A stretch of 63,167 nt of DNA, filler included, from Phoronis australis (lineage: Eukaryota > Animalia > Phoronida): NCBI GenBank assembly GCA_002633005.1. It is 5 parts of 5 records of this genome, joined end to end, with 100 filler letters (N's around TTAATTAATTAA, not from the genome) between each part and the next. Parts side by side here need not be neighbours in the genome. Positions count along the whole stretch, not along the records: positions 1 to 28,030 come from NMRA01000891.1; positions 28,131 to 32,789 come from NMRA01002525.1; positions 32,890 to 49,081 come from NMRA01000100.1; 2 more parts are not named here. The stretch is one strand, 5' to 3'. Below are positions 25,016 to 36,878 of the stretch, piece by piece. Within the stretch, counting starts at the first letter, position 1; each line of letters starts with the position of its first letter. The position numbers and the translations under genes are program-made. The notes beneath the pieces are model-generated. The model did not search any database and was not told where the DNA came from. It saw nothing but the letters and a program-made list of their open reading frames with translations.

Positions 25016-26010
25016 TCCAGCCACTGTACTGTTTCCTCCCTTTGAATTTTTACAATGCTACATCCTTGACAATCGCAGATTGCCTCTTTCAATGCATACT
25101 CCACTTCCTCTGTCCCAGTTTCCCCACATTTGCTGAGAGTGGCCTATCTCAACAAATTACTTTGGACCTGTTGTGGTATAAGCCAGTAATCTTTGGCAAA
25201 TACTTTTTCCCCCAACTCGTTCCTCAAGCTACAAATTCTCTTTGACATATCTTCTGGGAGTAGACTTTACGGCCTCTCTCTAGCCCCCTCACTTAGTTGT
25301 CCAGAAGGGTACCTTCTTGCTGGTTGTGAACTTTTCCATACCCAACCTTTACTAATAATCGGCAAGTCTCCAACTTCAGCAGAAGCCACTTCTTCAGCAT
25401 AAGCCTTTCCTGATTCCTAAAATTGTATTAATGAAAAATTAAACATATTAAATTTAATGTGGCCATTTTGGCTCACAAAATATGAATACCAAGCTAAAGT
25501 GAAGGCACCAATATTTTTGACGGCTTTAGCATGTTTAATTAACTTCATAATCGCAGAAAATCATTGGTAGACAAAACATACTCCCTAGTTTCTAAAAGTA
25601 GTTCATGGGCAGAAGTCATGTTACACATTTGGTGGTTGTTATGAAAAGTTATGATGACTACCTATTTTCTATGCCAATGTATACATGTAGTTGCATAAAC
25701 ATCAACACATTTGAATAAGATATGATTAAGCAATAAGGCCCAAGTTATAAGCAATCACGGTGTGTCAATAAAAGTATTTTTGCATGAATGACGTGCTTCT
25801 AAAAATATTCCTCAGGGTCAGACCCTGGAGTTTAGTGATTCCTACCTGAGCTCACACGAAGCAGGACGTTGAACCTTGACTTAACGTCTTTGGTCATTTT
25901 TCAGACCTCTATCAGATTTCTCCTCTAGTGTGCAGTGGATGTTCTAAGTGTCTTTGGCGACGCCAATATATCTCGAGTGTTGTAACGATGATTCGGGCAA
26001 GTGAACCTAA
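25016..26010 (-). pseudogene. Degenerate DNA-transposase C-terminus, two exons (tentatively Sola3-like)
   Basis: Exon ~25846-26010 gives FTCP...QRHLEHPLH (C2H2-like); exon 25016-25416 gives KGWVWKSSQPARRY...PEDMSKRICSLRNELGEKVFAKDYWLIPQQVQSNLLR, resembling 'GWALK..RF...WL...QI.S.FSR' transposase tails; in-frame stops. Confidence 0.45.
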
Positions 26011-27519
26011 TACGGTAGATTATGTAGCTCCTGCTGCACACAGTGCCTCCGAGGCAGACACTGAGAGTCTGACTGAGACAGACTACTCAGGAGGACACGT
26101 TCCACCTCCACATCAGCTCCACGTACTCTTATAAGGTGCTCAAATGTCTCGCTCTATACCTTGTGCATTTCCCTAGAGTTTCCAAAGTTGTTTCTCTCCG
26201 CAATTTGTAGAAATACCACATTTGATGCGACTGGCAGTGCCAGATAAATAGATAAATTCGCAAACCCGCACTTTAGGTCAGCCATCATTCAACTAACGCA
26301 TTGTAAGCTTTAGTTTGGTATTCAGACGAATTGGATGAACAAATTTAGTATAATTTCATATTTTATTGGGAAATGCTAGTGTCCTTAAAATTAATTAAAA
26401 ACATTTAAGCAAACCAATTGTTTTAATTGTTGTATTATACCACGGCATATTAATGCGTAGAAACGGCGCACAACTAGTGACTGGTTTAACATGACAAATA
26501 CACATACGCGGTCTGAAAATAGTGAAATTCAGACACCTATTACCAAGCCTGCCTGAAGGGCTGACAAAGTTTTTATTGTATTAATTTCAAGGGCATGGAG
26601 TCTTCTACATGTCCATGTTATTATTTTTAGTTTTCTCGCGGGGGCAGCTTCGCTATAAGGGTACAGCTTACTGCTGGTTTTTCACAAGACGGAAATGTAC
26701 CTCCACGGAAACAGTTCCAGTGTTACCATGGTAACCGATATTGCAGTGTCGGTGCCGTTTTTACTGACATTGGTCATGAACCTATCATGTGATATCAAAA
26801 TTGTTCAGAAACGATTCTGTTTGAAGCAGAAACTGGAGTAGAAAATTTGGTCAAAAATGACTCATTCCACACCAAGAAATTGCCTCATTTTGCCCCCAAG
26901 AACACTTCCCTTGTATCTCCTAAACCACCAAACTTTGTGGTGTCATACTTCACCCATTTTCTCCCATCCCTAATGTGATTTTTCAGACTAAACATGGATC
27001 TGAATGGCTGACCCCCCACTTTGCCGCTTGTTGGCTGTACAGTGGTCGGTGGATCCGTGGACTGATACTTAATCACTGCGTGAAACGAAGGACGTTGGCG
27101 CGCATACATAACGGAGACTACAGCAAAAGACAGCATTTTGAGTATTCCTCGTTTTAGCAGTTGCATCAAATGAGTCGTCCGAAGACAGAGGAACGCTGTT
27201 CAGACTGGTAAAATACGGCAACAAAAAATTGAAACTTGTGCAAACACGGACGGACTTTAGGTTTTGTTTTCAACAGTGAATCATACGGAGTATTCCGCTA
27301 TTGTCGCACAGACTTGTGAGGTCGCTCCATCCTCAAGCGCGATATTTCTGGTTTTCATGCCCTGACGTAAAATTGTGAACAAAAATCTCTCACCTTGTGT
27401 GGTGTGTAACGGGCCCACAGGTTTCATTAAAAATCTAAGTGCTTGGTTCCTCAACGTGATGCTAATTCAGCGTCAATCGGCTTATAATCAATTTTGTGTC
27501 GACTCTTAATAATGTGTCT

Positions 27520-28030
27520 CACGGGGGCACCACACAGCTGAAATTGTTTGGCAGCTTAATTTTGTGCTTCGTATAGTGGTGCTGAACATTGTGCAATTGG
27601 TTTCAAACGGTTGCCTGGAGGGTTGGTCTAGCTCAACTCAGGTACTTGGGCGTGTCTGTCGAGGCTATCCCACCACTAGAATTGTCTGGCAGTGTTTATT
27701 CGTGATACCTGGTCTCATGGTGAATATTTTGCAACCGGTTTTAAGCGGTTACCTCTTGGGTTGATCTCAATTTTTAACCCTTTTTGATATTCGTCCGGCA
27801 GGGGCACCCCACCACTGAAATTTTCTGGCAGTGACCACTTTTGATACAGTGGATTACGTAGTGGGTATCAAGGGCAGTTTGAAGTGGTTACCAGAAAAGT
27901 TGATCTAGCTCAATTTTTAAGTGACATTCTCTTGGCTCCCCTGACCCCACCCACCAGAGCGAGTTTGCCAGACGGCCATTTCCAAGCATGAAGATACCCA
28001 TAGACTACTGTGGTACCAAAGAAAATTGGT
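27520..28030. repeat. Degenerate ~140-bp tandem repeat, about 4 units
   Basis: cacc..ac(c)act(g)aaatt.tctggcagtg motif recurs at ~27527, 27670, 27806 and 27948. Confidence 0.55.
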
Positions 28031-28289
28031 NNNNNNNNNNNNNNNNNNNNNNNNNNNNNNNNNNNNNNNNNNNNTTAATTAATTAANNNNNNNNNNNNNN
28101 NNNNNNNNNNNNNNNNNNNNNNNNNNNNNNTCAAGTGTATTGCTCACTGTTAACCAGATATTTGAAAAGCTTAGTTGAAACTTCACTTTGACTGTATTCT
28201 GTGTAGTCAACTGTGCGCTTTTAGAAAGGGTTTCTCATACCGAGATGTTCTTTTGGGCCTAAAGACATGGCCTTGGACCGAAATCACAT

Positions 28290-29380
28290 ATTAGTTTGAA
28301 TGTTATTTGACCTGTCCAAAGCTTTTGACTGTACCTCATATACTTTATTGATTGCTAATCTCAGAGGTTATGGTTGTTCCGATAATCTATGCTCATTTTT
28401 AAAATCTTATTTAGCAAATAGACACGAGGGTCGAAATAGGATGCTCAGTCACCTCATGGTCCGAGTTCTCTAAAGGGGTTCCCCAAGGGTCTGTCCTGGG
28501 GTCTATGTTATTTAATATTTTATAAATGACCTCTTCTATGTATAACTATGTTGAGGCTAACACTATTCTTGATATGAGTATCTCTTTAAATAATACAAGA
28601 CAAAATCTGAGTGCTCCACATTTCGTGTGGCCACTCGTTGATTTACAGCAAACAATATGGCAGCAAACACTGAAAATAGTTTACTCACTTAAAAGTCCAT
28701 TATCTTTTCCAAAAAGGGCATGTTAAATGATGCTGAAAACGTTTTATTGGTTGTTGATTGAGAATTAAATGTGAAAACTCGGTCAAACTACTTGGGCTTC
28801 ATCTTTACCGTCATCTTAAATTATAAAACCATGTGAACGTTATCTGTCAGATGGCCTCCAGCCAAGTAAATCAGCTTTTCAGACTTCGATATCTACTAGA
28901 CAATGACAGCAAATTAACCTTACACCATGCTTTTGTAGGCTCATGTTTTTATCATTGTTTGGTACCACTAATTTACAGATGAGCAAAAACATAGAAAAGA
29001 TCCAACATCGAGCTCTTTGATGTATATTTGATGACTGAATCATCTCACTTTGAATTTTTAAGAAGGACAGATTCACTTCCCCTTGTCAGTTGCAGGGCTC
29101 AAATCTCTGGCAATTAAAGAGTTTAAATATGTTTCACAAAATGGACACTGTCTCACAAGTTCGTATTATTACAGTAACACTACAGTTTTTGCTCAGAAAA
29201 CATGTTAACTGTCTACACCTTTTCGTATGGTTATAATTTCATTTCCTGCCAGGGAGCATTGTTTTGGAATAGCTTACCTAACTACATTAGATTAAGCACG
29301 GACCCTTAGGTATTATGTCTCAGCTGATCATGCCTTACGTCTCCTCACTGAATGTGACTGTCAACTTTGTACCAGATGTC
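28290..29380 (+). pseudogene. CR1/L2-clade LINE reverse transcriptase, 3' part, decayed
   Basis: LFDLSKAFD, LKSYLANR, KGVPQGSVLG.MLFNIFINDL, KLLG, EKIQHRAL, GALFWNSLP and a terminal CDCQLC; many frameshifts. Confidence 0.88.
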
Positions 29381-29645
29381 AGGTCTTTTAAGAAAAAATC
29401 TCTATTATGCATCTGTGTTGTATAATCATTGTTGTAAATATTGTACATATACTCTAGTTGTTCATATAGAGAATCCTACACGAATCTCACATTGATTACA
29501 TGGGCAAAGTTTCGTCAAAATCTAAAGGCCACGCACATTCCAAGTGCATTAGGTGCTAGCGATTTCAAGTACACTCTCTTTTTACGACACCTTCTCTCAA
29601 AATTAGTGTATGAACACGTCAGAAAGTGACATGTTCTTCGCTGTT

Positions 29646-30068
29646 ACCCGGATTTTCCGTAGATAAGCCTATGGACATGTATTCTGAAAATGAGAAATTA
29701 TATACGTTTTAGTAACACAAATAAACGCCCTGGCGTTTGATTGGAAAAGGGGGCGTGTAAACGGAAAGTCATAGGTTTCCCGATTTTGACATGTTTTACT
29801 TCAATATGAGCTTTTAGTTTTTATGTTAATAAATTCATAGTTCGCCAACACTGTGTTCGTTTTTACAAATGAATGTTCCATAAAACTGAACTTGTGATTA
29901 AACGTTGACACTTAGTGGGCTTTTAAGAGGAAATTTTCCGAATAAACGCCCTGCTATGTGGACACTTGACACCAGAAGTTGTAAAACTAAATGAACGCCC
30001 ATGGGCCTTTATTCGGCATAATTTTCCGAATAAACACTCATTGGCGTTTCATCTGGAAACTCCCGGTA
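29646..30068. mobile_element. TACCG-type MITE with internal aataaacgccc repeats
   Basis: Imperfect TIRs tacccggattttcc / ggaaactcccggta; aataaacgccc-like units at ~29720, 29941, 29990 and 30029. Confidence 0.5.
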
Positions 30069-31105
30069 AGAATATGCATTTTGTGGTCCACCTTGAAGTG
30101 TTAAGAAGCATATATTGTGAGTGATTTTCCTATGACTTCAATTGGTATTCTTCGACAAGTAGTGCATGGTTATTATCTTCGGTAGTGTTGTGATTCAAAG
30201 TAAAAAAATCTTAATCATTGCATTCCTCGTTGTGAAAATTTTGGAATAAATGTAATCTATTGTTTTCAAACTACATGTACCTCTAAACTTTCTCCTTATT
30301 TATGTACTGAACACGGGAATCGCAAAATAGTTCGATTAATTGTGATAAACTCGTCTTTAAATTATCCTTGATATGACAGAAATTAGTTTGTGCTATCAAA
30401 GCCAATTTAAAGATCTGTAGGGATAGATATACTGTCTGCAGTTGATATCACACTCAGCCTTGAAATAATTGGTTAATCTTATCAAAATAAATTACTTTTT
30501 AGTCTTTCTGTACCTCTCAATTCCCGTAATGACCTGCCTAGAGACGGAATAATTTTTGGGGCGTATTTTGTGTTGTTAAATAACATAGATTATAATTCAC
30601 AGGAGGAATTATTGCTTCGGCTAAAACATTATTCGGTATAAAATTAATAAATTGAAAATGAATAAATTGATGTGAAACACATTTTTGTGCAAGTTATCTA
30701 TTGATGGACTGACAACGTTTTGTAGAGAAGCGGCTGACAGACCTGGCGATGGAAGAAGAACTCCTTGCTGAGACTCTGTTCAATGGATCGAGAGACGATT
30801 TGGACAGTAGGCTGCTGAAAAAATTGGGCGACATTTATGCAGAGAGGGGTACGATGACTAAGATCCGTGGCAATTGCACTAAAGCATCTGCGCTCTACAA
30901 TGCCGCTATTTTGCGAACCAAGCGATCAAAGAATATTAAAAAAAATAAGTGGTCATCAAAAGAAATGAAGTTACCTTTTGCGAGATACTGTTACTAAAAT
31001 GCGAAAAAACACCTTTTATACCACAATATTAGCGTCAAATGGCAGATACAACCGTGTAATAACCCGTAAAGTTATCTCACTAGTGAGATAACGATTTGGC
31101 GGGAA

Positions 31106-31175
31106 ACCGAGGACGGGGTCGAACCCGGGACCTTGAGTTTGCTGGTCGCCGACCTTAACCACTACACCACGCAGC
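31106..31175 (-). other. tRNA-derived Pol III head (SINE-like or pseudo-tRNA)
   Basis: Minus strand: A-box TGGTGTAGTGG and B-box GGTTCGACCCC at tRNA-like spacing; acceptor and anticodon stems do not pair. Confidence 0.65.
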
Positions 31176-31913
31176 AGCTGACGTCATCAAGAGTGAAAAT
31201 AGAATACTTAAATGAGCACGCGCAATAATCGCACGTTCAGCAAACCGCATTGTACTGTACGTATACGCTACGAAAAATAAGACACATAATTTCCATAAAA
31301 ATGATATCTTAATTCAATGAAATATTTCTCTCATGTCCTCTTACTTGTAAATCACCGATCTCCAGTTTGAATGCAGGTATCCTGTCGTCAGGATCTTTGA
31401 CTTGAGAATTATATTCAGTTACCAGTGGTAACCTACTTTAGCAGACGATAATTTCCCGGTCGAAGCTTAGCGTGAAAAAAAACGTGTTTTAAGCTATAAT
31501 AGTTGGTAAACCTTAATTTATAAATTCAGTTTATTTCTATTATATTTAAGTTTTCAATTGGTGTTGAGTACAAGCATTATTTGACAAAAATAGCCGGGCT
31601 TTTCTTAAAAGGTCACGACCTCCGACCCCGGGCCTCTGACATAGAAAGTAGTTACAAAGCCGTGGAGAGTCAGAAAAGGTAAATCGATTCATTGCAATGT
31701 TTCTCGTTTAGTATGTGGTATAAATAGATTATTACATGTTCTCAGCCGTTATCCCCCTTATCTAGAGCCCTCGTGGATTTTGGAGAATTATCACCCTCGG
31801 GGCTAACGCCCCTCGGGNCGGGCCTCTGACACAGAAAGTAGTTACAAAGCCGTGGAGAGTCAGAAAAGGTAAATCGATTCATTGCAATGTTTCTCGTTTA
31901 GTATGTGGTATAA

Positions 31914-32077
31914 ATAGATTATTACATGTTCTCAGCCGTTATCCCCCTCATCTAGAGCCCTCGTGGATTTTGGAGAATTATCACCCTCGGGGCTAACGCC
32001 CCTCGGGCGATAATTCACCAAAATCCACTCGGGCTCTAGATAACGGGGGATAACGACTTCGCCATGTAATAATCTAT
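31914..32077. repeat. Palindromic miniature element
   Basis: atagattattacatg...gttatcccc..tctagagccc..gtggattttgg | ccaaaatccac..gggctctaga..ggggataac...catgtaataatctat. Confidence 0.85.
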
Positions 32078-32889
32078 ATTTAATGACATTTCCAACGTTC
32101 GATTTAATCTAACTAATATCAGAGAGACGACGTCTCGAAGCGCGAACGTGCTAATGGCAGAAATTCAGGCTAAATTTAATGCAAATCGGTCAGACAACAA
32201 GCGAATAGACACTAAAAAAAAATACGTTCGTGAGACAAGGCAATTGTTCAAAGACGTTAGTCACAAGGTGAGAAACTTTTTCTGGAGTCTGATTTTTACA
32301 TCAATACGGATACTGGGAACACCTCAACAGTTTGCAGTTTTAGGGTTAGGTTCTCTGGCTAGAGGTGAAACGACAACGTATTCCGATATTGAGTGGTGCA
32401 TTCTGGTTGAAAATGAAAGTAACATTGAATATTTTAGGAATTTGGTGGGAATGGCGAATTTATTTGTTTTGAATTTAAGAGAAACTGTTTTGAAATCTAT
32501 GCAAATCAAATCACTGAACGACAACGACAAACCTGGAGGAAACTGGTTCAAAGATGTAATGACCCCCCGTGGTTTCCAGTTCGACAGCGCAGCGCCACAT
32601 GCCTGCCACACACCGCTTGGTCGTCCTGATAAACCAATGAGGAAAGGAATAGAGTTAACTCAGAACACCTCAATATATGGCGCAGCTTTGTGAATACAAT
32701 ACAGCTCTGAAGGAAGGTTATGATATTGATAGCATATTAGCATCTGTAATTAAAATTGGCGGGAGCAAAGGAGCGGATAGACTGATTGANNNNNNNNNNN
32801 NNNNNNNNNNNNNNNNNNNNNNNNNNNNNNNNNTTAATTAATTAANNNNNNNNNNNNNNNNNNNNNNNNNNNNNNNNNNNNNNNNNNNN

Positions 32890-33155
32890 TTTTCGGCTTA
32901 GGACATGCCAAAAATGACGGGATATTATTCTGGAGCAGCATAACGGCTGTCGGTGCTACACACGCCATATCAACACCATTTCCCCATTCTTAGCGGACAA
33001 TTTCTTGAGCTATAGACTAAAGTAAGTTTTACTCGACTACGTGTGGTTTGTCGGGTAAAATGGCGGCTTGGAAACGCAGACGAAGGTGTGCCAAGATTGC
33101 TGCGTTCTGATTGGTCAATTAAGCCGTCCGTCATAATCCTGGCGATAGGTCAATT
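32890..33155 (-). pseudogene. THAP-domain gene start plus upstream region (transposon relic), copy 1
   Basis: ATG at 32987: MGKWC*YGVCSTDSRY...PVIF / FLACPKPK; ~260 bp homologous to 59830-60093. Confidence 0.65.
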
Positions 33156-33163
33156 GTATAAAT

Positions 33164-33330
33164 ATAGGTTATCCCACATACATAGGAATACTACTGCCAT
33201 ATCCTATCGAAAATTCATTTCATCTGGGAATGTCCCAACGAGACCGAAAGTCGAGTTGGGACATTCCCAGATAAAATGAATTCGAGATAGGATATCGCAG
33301 TAGCATTACTATGCATGTGTGATAACCTAT
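33164..33330. repeat. Palindromic miniature element
   Basis: ataggttatc...atctgggaatgtcccaac | gttgggacattcccagat...gataacctat. Confidence 0.85.
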
Positions 33331-33447
33331 TTATCTCATATATTTGGACTTATTTGCATCATCGTGGCAATACCTTGTTGCCGTGTGATTCGTCTTGTTG
33401 TTATATGACGTCATATGTATTCCAAGTTGGTACAAAAACTGGTTTAA

Positions 33448-35938
33448 AGTCCTTCTCTCACGCGTTTTTAACCCTTATTACATGGTTAGAGGATGTTATT
33501 AGGATCCAAGAAGTACTTACCCCATAACTAATACACGATCTGTACTCGAAAAATGTTTTATTGAACGCGCCACTCACGATTCGCACCCGAAGAACCACCG
33601 CCGTTTTGAACTTGCCGCGAACCCGGAAGTACAATTCATTCAGGAACCCAGGCCGAGAAAACGCCGTCAGTGCGACTGGAGCAGTGCCTGTTCTGTTACC
33701 AGCCAGCAAACGGGGATAAAATAATCGACAGCGTGCCTTATTTTTAATAAAATCAAACTTCGGACAATTTTATCGAATTTGCTGAAGAAATGTGGCGGAA
33801 AAATTTTGACAGAAATTATTTTGCCAGACTCGGGACGGTAGCCTATCGGACCCGGTGCGGATCGAGACCAGACACTGACGAACGGTAAATGCATGCGGTC
33901 GCAAGTTGTTTTGTTGAAGTAAAATGCTCAAATCATAAATGCTGCATATATTCGCATATATTCAAGTGTAGTTTCAGACACTTGCATGAAATTACGGGCT
34001 GGTTAGTCCTGTGTCACACTGCCGCGGCAGACCTTAGTTAGCCTCAATCACCAGCTACCAGTGAAGATTATCGTCAAAATATAACTTGTTAGTAGGCCTA
34101 TACAGCTTTGCGCCAAGGCTACCCTTAGGCCTAACTGGTCGCTGGCCACAGCGCTCGCTCAAACGAGGTTTATTTAGAACTTGGGTACTTCTGGCGAACT
34201 GTGCAAAGTTGTTGGCTTTCAATAGAGATTTTCCCAGACTTTGCCATGAGCGCACCAAACCTAAAAGAATGGGGGCTGGAATTTTTGGGAATGTCTATCT
34301 TTTACTATAAGATTCAGTGGGTATGTTGAGAGCTATGAATTGCAGACTCTAAATTTTGGTACTTCCTGTCTCCTAGTGGAATATTGTCTCATTTTCTACT
34401 TTTTTCGGAATTCGTGCTTCTGTGACTTAGGCAGACCTTTTTCCAGTTCTCCAAAAAAGGGGCTCGTTCGCGCACATAAGTATGACAAGTCCAATACAAC
34501 ATGTTATCATTTTTTATTCATTAAGCCAAAATGATTCAAACATAATAAGTAACTTAAAATGCACAATACTTTACAATATTTAGCATTACAAACACTATTC
34601 AACAGCAACAGTTTACATGATAAGAAAGTGGACGTACGTGTAACTATTACCATGGTGACGGAATAGTGTTTCCTTACACCAGAATTTGACAAGCATCTTT
34701 TAAAAAAATATTGCAAGGAACAAGAATGAGAGGCTTGAAGCTTCACAATCCAACGTAGCTTATTTCTCAAATTAAGATTATTTATATTGTTGACTCGATA
34801 ACCTAAATTAAGAAGCAATAAGTTACAAAACATGACTTGAAAGCAATTGAGACTTAAAATTTGGAAAATATGAATCATTTTGTGACACCGAATCAAGTCT
34901 TGAACAGCAGTTGACAGTCAAACAAAAAACCATTTCAAAATTACTTCAACTATTTTTTAGCTTAGTGTAAGATCACCTGAATGGGAAATTTACAGTAAAA
35001 TAATTCGAATATATCTTATATATTTGCACGAAAAACACGAAAAATGAACAAAGTTCCTTTTTTGTAGCAACGTTTGTCAAAATGTATCAACGTCAAATCT
35101 TCACAAATTACAAAGTAACGGGTTGAACATGCCTTCCAGTTCAGCAAATGTCGCCATGTTGTCGGTGCCGCCAGAAATGAGACCAAGTCCAACGGAAATT
35201 GTAAGCACATTTATCTCTTAATATGTAACAACTGCGAGGCTGCCGTAAATTGTTGGCGAAAACAATTTACACAAAGTTTTAAACTCGTAACTTATCCCTC
35301 TGTCCTCCAGTATGGCCGACGCGATCCACACAAAGTGATCCAAATTTCGCCACAAAACTTGCAATAACTTTACACTGCTTGCCCCGATTTTGATACTTTT
35401 TCGATTTTTACAGAGTAGAATGCACTACCTTTCCGATGATAGCAAAATACTTTTTCAAAACGAGAAAAAAATAAAACTGAAAAAAATTGGTTCGACCCAT
35501 ATTGGTTCCTAGGTTCGACCGGCCTACGTAAGGAACTAAACACCAATGCTATTTTAACATACTAAGTACGCGTAACATTCCAAAAAAATCAACGACCATT
35601 AACTACAAACTATAAATACACTACATGTGCAAACAAATCACGAGACATTACTAATAAAACAAAATAATGAAGACATTTCGAGCAAGCACATTCAGTTACA
35701 AGGAAAAAATGGCGGCGTTCAGGACAAGTTCCTGAACTGATGAGCCGGAAATGTGGGTACGGAAATAACCGATGACAGCCGGTAATTATACGCTCACAGA
35801 GAAGGGTCAAATATTTTTAAAAAATCGGTTTTGGCAAGAAAGGCGAAAAGAATATAAAGATTGGGTGTGGAAAATAAGATTTTATGTAGTAAGTATTTTC
35901 TGCTACTGGAACCACATGGGCAGTTTGATAGAAGGACT
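33448..35938. mobile_element. Complete non-autonomous Kolobok-type element (2491 bp)
   Basis: TTAA|AGTCCTTCTCTCA ... TGATAGAAGGACT|TTAA; 12 of 13 TIR bases match; TTAA TSD at 33444-33447 and 35939-35942. Confidence 0.85.
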
Positions 35939-36419
35939 TTAAGCTACAAGACAATCTGTTGAATAACCAGTAAAGTTTTATTTCGTAATAAATTCATCGG
36001 AATTTTTATACTGTGAAATATACAAGTTAAAGCATTGAACCATCCTATTATATCAAGGGTTTGTCGGAAACTTAGAAACAATCCTTCCGGGAATATAAAA
36101 ATTGAAACATTCCCTGAACTGAGTTGTCTGCAACAGTTTGTTGTCAGCTTCGATGAAATTCTTAGTTTTCTTGGTCTGTTTTCGTATCGTAGCTTCTGGA
36201 CTGTACATAGCAATAGAAACATTTCCCAGCATTGGAAAATAACGGTGGAAATTGTGCTGATTTGCAGAAATTGGGGTAACGACTATCGCAAAGCAGTTTT
36301 ACGCCACGGCCGGCAGGGTTCAATTGGCACCATGTGTAGCCAGTAGCGTTTGGGTTACAAACACGCCAGGGATCTGATCAATTTAAAACTTCTTTCCTTA
36401 CTTCAACTGTGTTTTTTAC

Positions 36420-36878
36420 ATTAGGGCTATTACTACTTTTATAATTGAAACACTCCATATCAAAATTCTGCACAAGATTCCAATCACCACTTAGAATAGC
36501 AAAATCAAAATCCATATCAACTATCAATTGTTGGAGCTTTTCATAAAAGTTCGGAAGGTCAGCGCTTGGTCCATATAAATTTACGAGTACACACTATAAA
36601 GTTTCCTTTATCATCAATAGAATGATTTTTTAGTTTGTACTCAAAATTATTGTTGAAGAGTATTGCAGTACCTCTGGAATTATTTGTTCCAGGAGTGCGC
36701 ACACACTGGACCCCCCATTGCCAGCGAACAATGTTGACATCCTTTGCAGAGAAATGAATGTTTTGCAAACACTACATTGAAGCACTTTTTCCGTGATAAA
36801 CTTAAAAACATCTTTTCTCTTTTGGTAGGTCTGAAGCCCCTGCAGTGAGTTAACAGAAAGGAATTTAATGGTACTCAT
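36420..36878 (-). pseudogene. L1/Tx1-clade LINE APE endonuclease relic
   Basis: MSTIKFLSVN..GL..YQKRKDVF, LQNIHF, QWG, NNSRGTAILFNNNFEYK, DDKGNFI, YGP, GDWN, across frameshifts. Confidence 0.85.

Larger units (their letters stand above)
31054..32077. mobile_element. ~1-kb composite insertion splitting the nucleotidyltransferase exon
   Basis: Non-coding block between two parts of one exon; contains a tRNA-like head and ends in the palindrome 31914-32077. Confidence 0.7.
30726..32789 (+). pseudogene. Helical/TPR-like protein with GlnD/GlnE/DUF294-like nucleotidyltransferase domain, disrupted; 3' part lost in gap
   Basis: Splice acceptor tttgtag at 30725; LLKKLGDIYAERG...KASALYNAAILR (TPR-like); reading resumes at 32079 and gives FAVLGLGSLARGETTTYSDIEWCILV (pol-beta hGS-x10-DxE); a +1 frameshift at ~32658 restores ELIRTPQYMAQL...EGYDIDSIL. 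Confidence 0.75.

Noticed and set aside
26885-27169. 94-aa ORF and the many other 60-130-aa ORFs in the track
   Set aside because: No motifs, often non-ATG starts, and lengths expected by chance.
28031-28130. TTAATTAATTAA motif embedded in Ns (also 32790-32889, 49082-49181, 50942-51041)
   Set aside because: Identical 100-bp scaffolding spacer with an all-frame stop linker; an assembly artefact. Contiguity across these joins is not guaranteed.
31106-31175. Functional tRNA gene
   Set aside because: A and B boxes are present but acceptor and anticodon stems do not pair, and it lies within an insertion.
31629-32007. 189-bp tandem duplication
   Set aside because: The two near-identical copies are joined by a single n at 31818, typical of an unmerged contig overlap.
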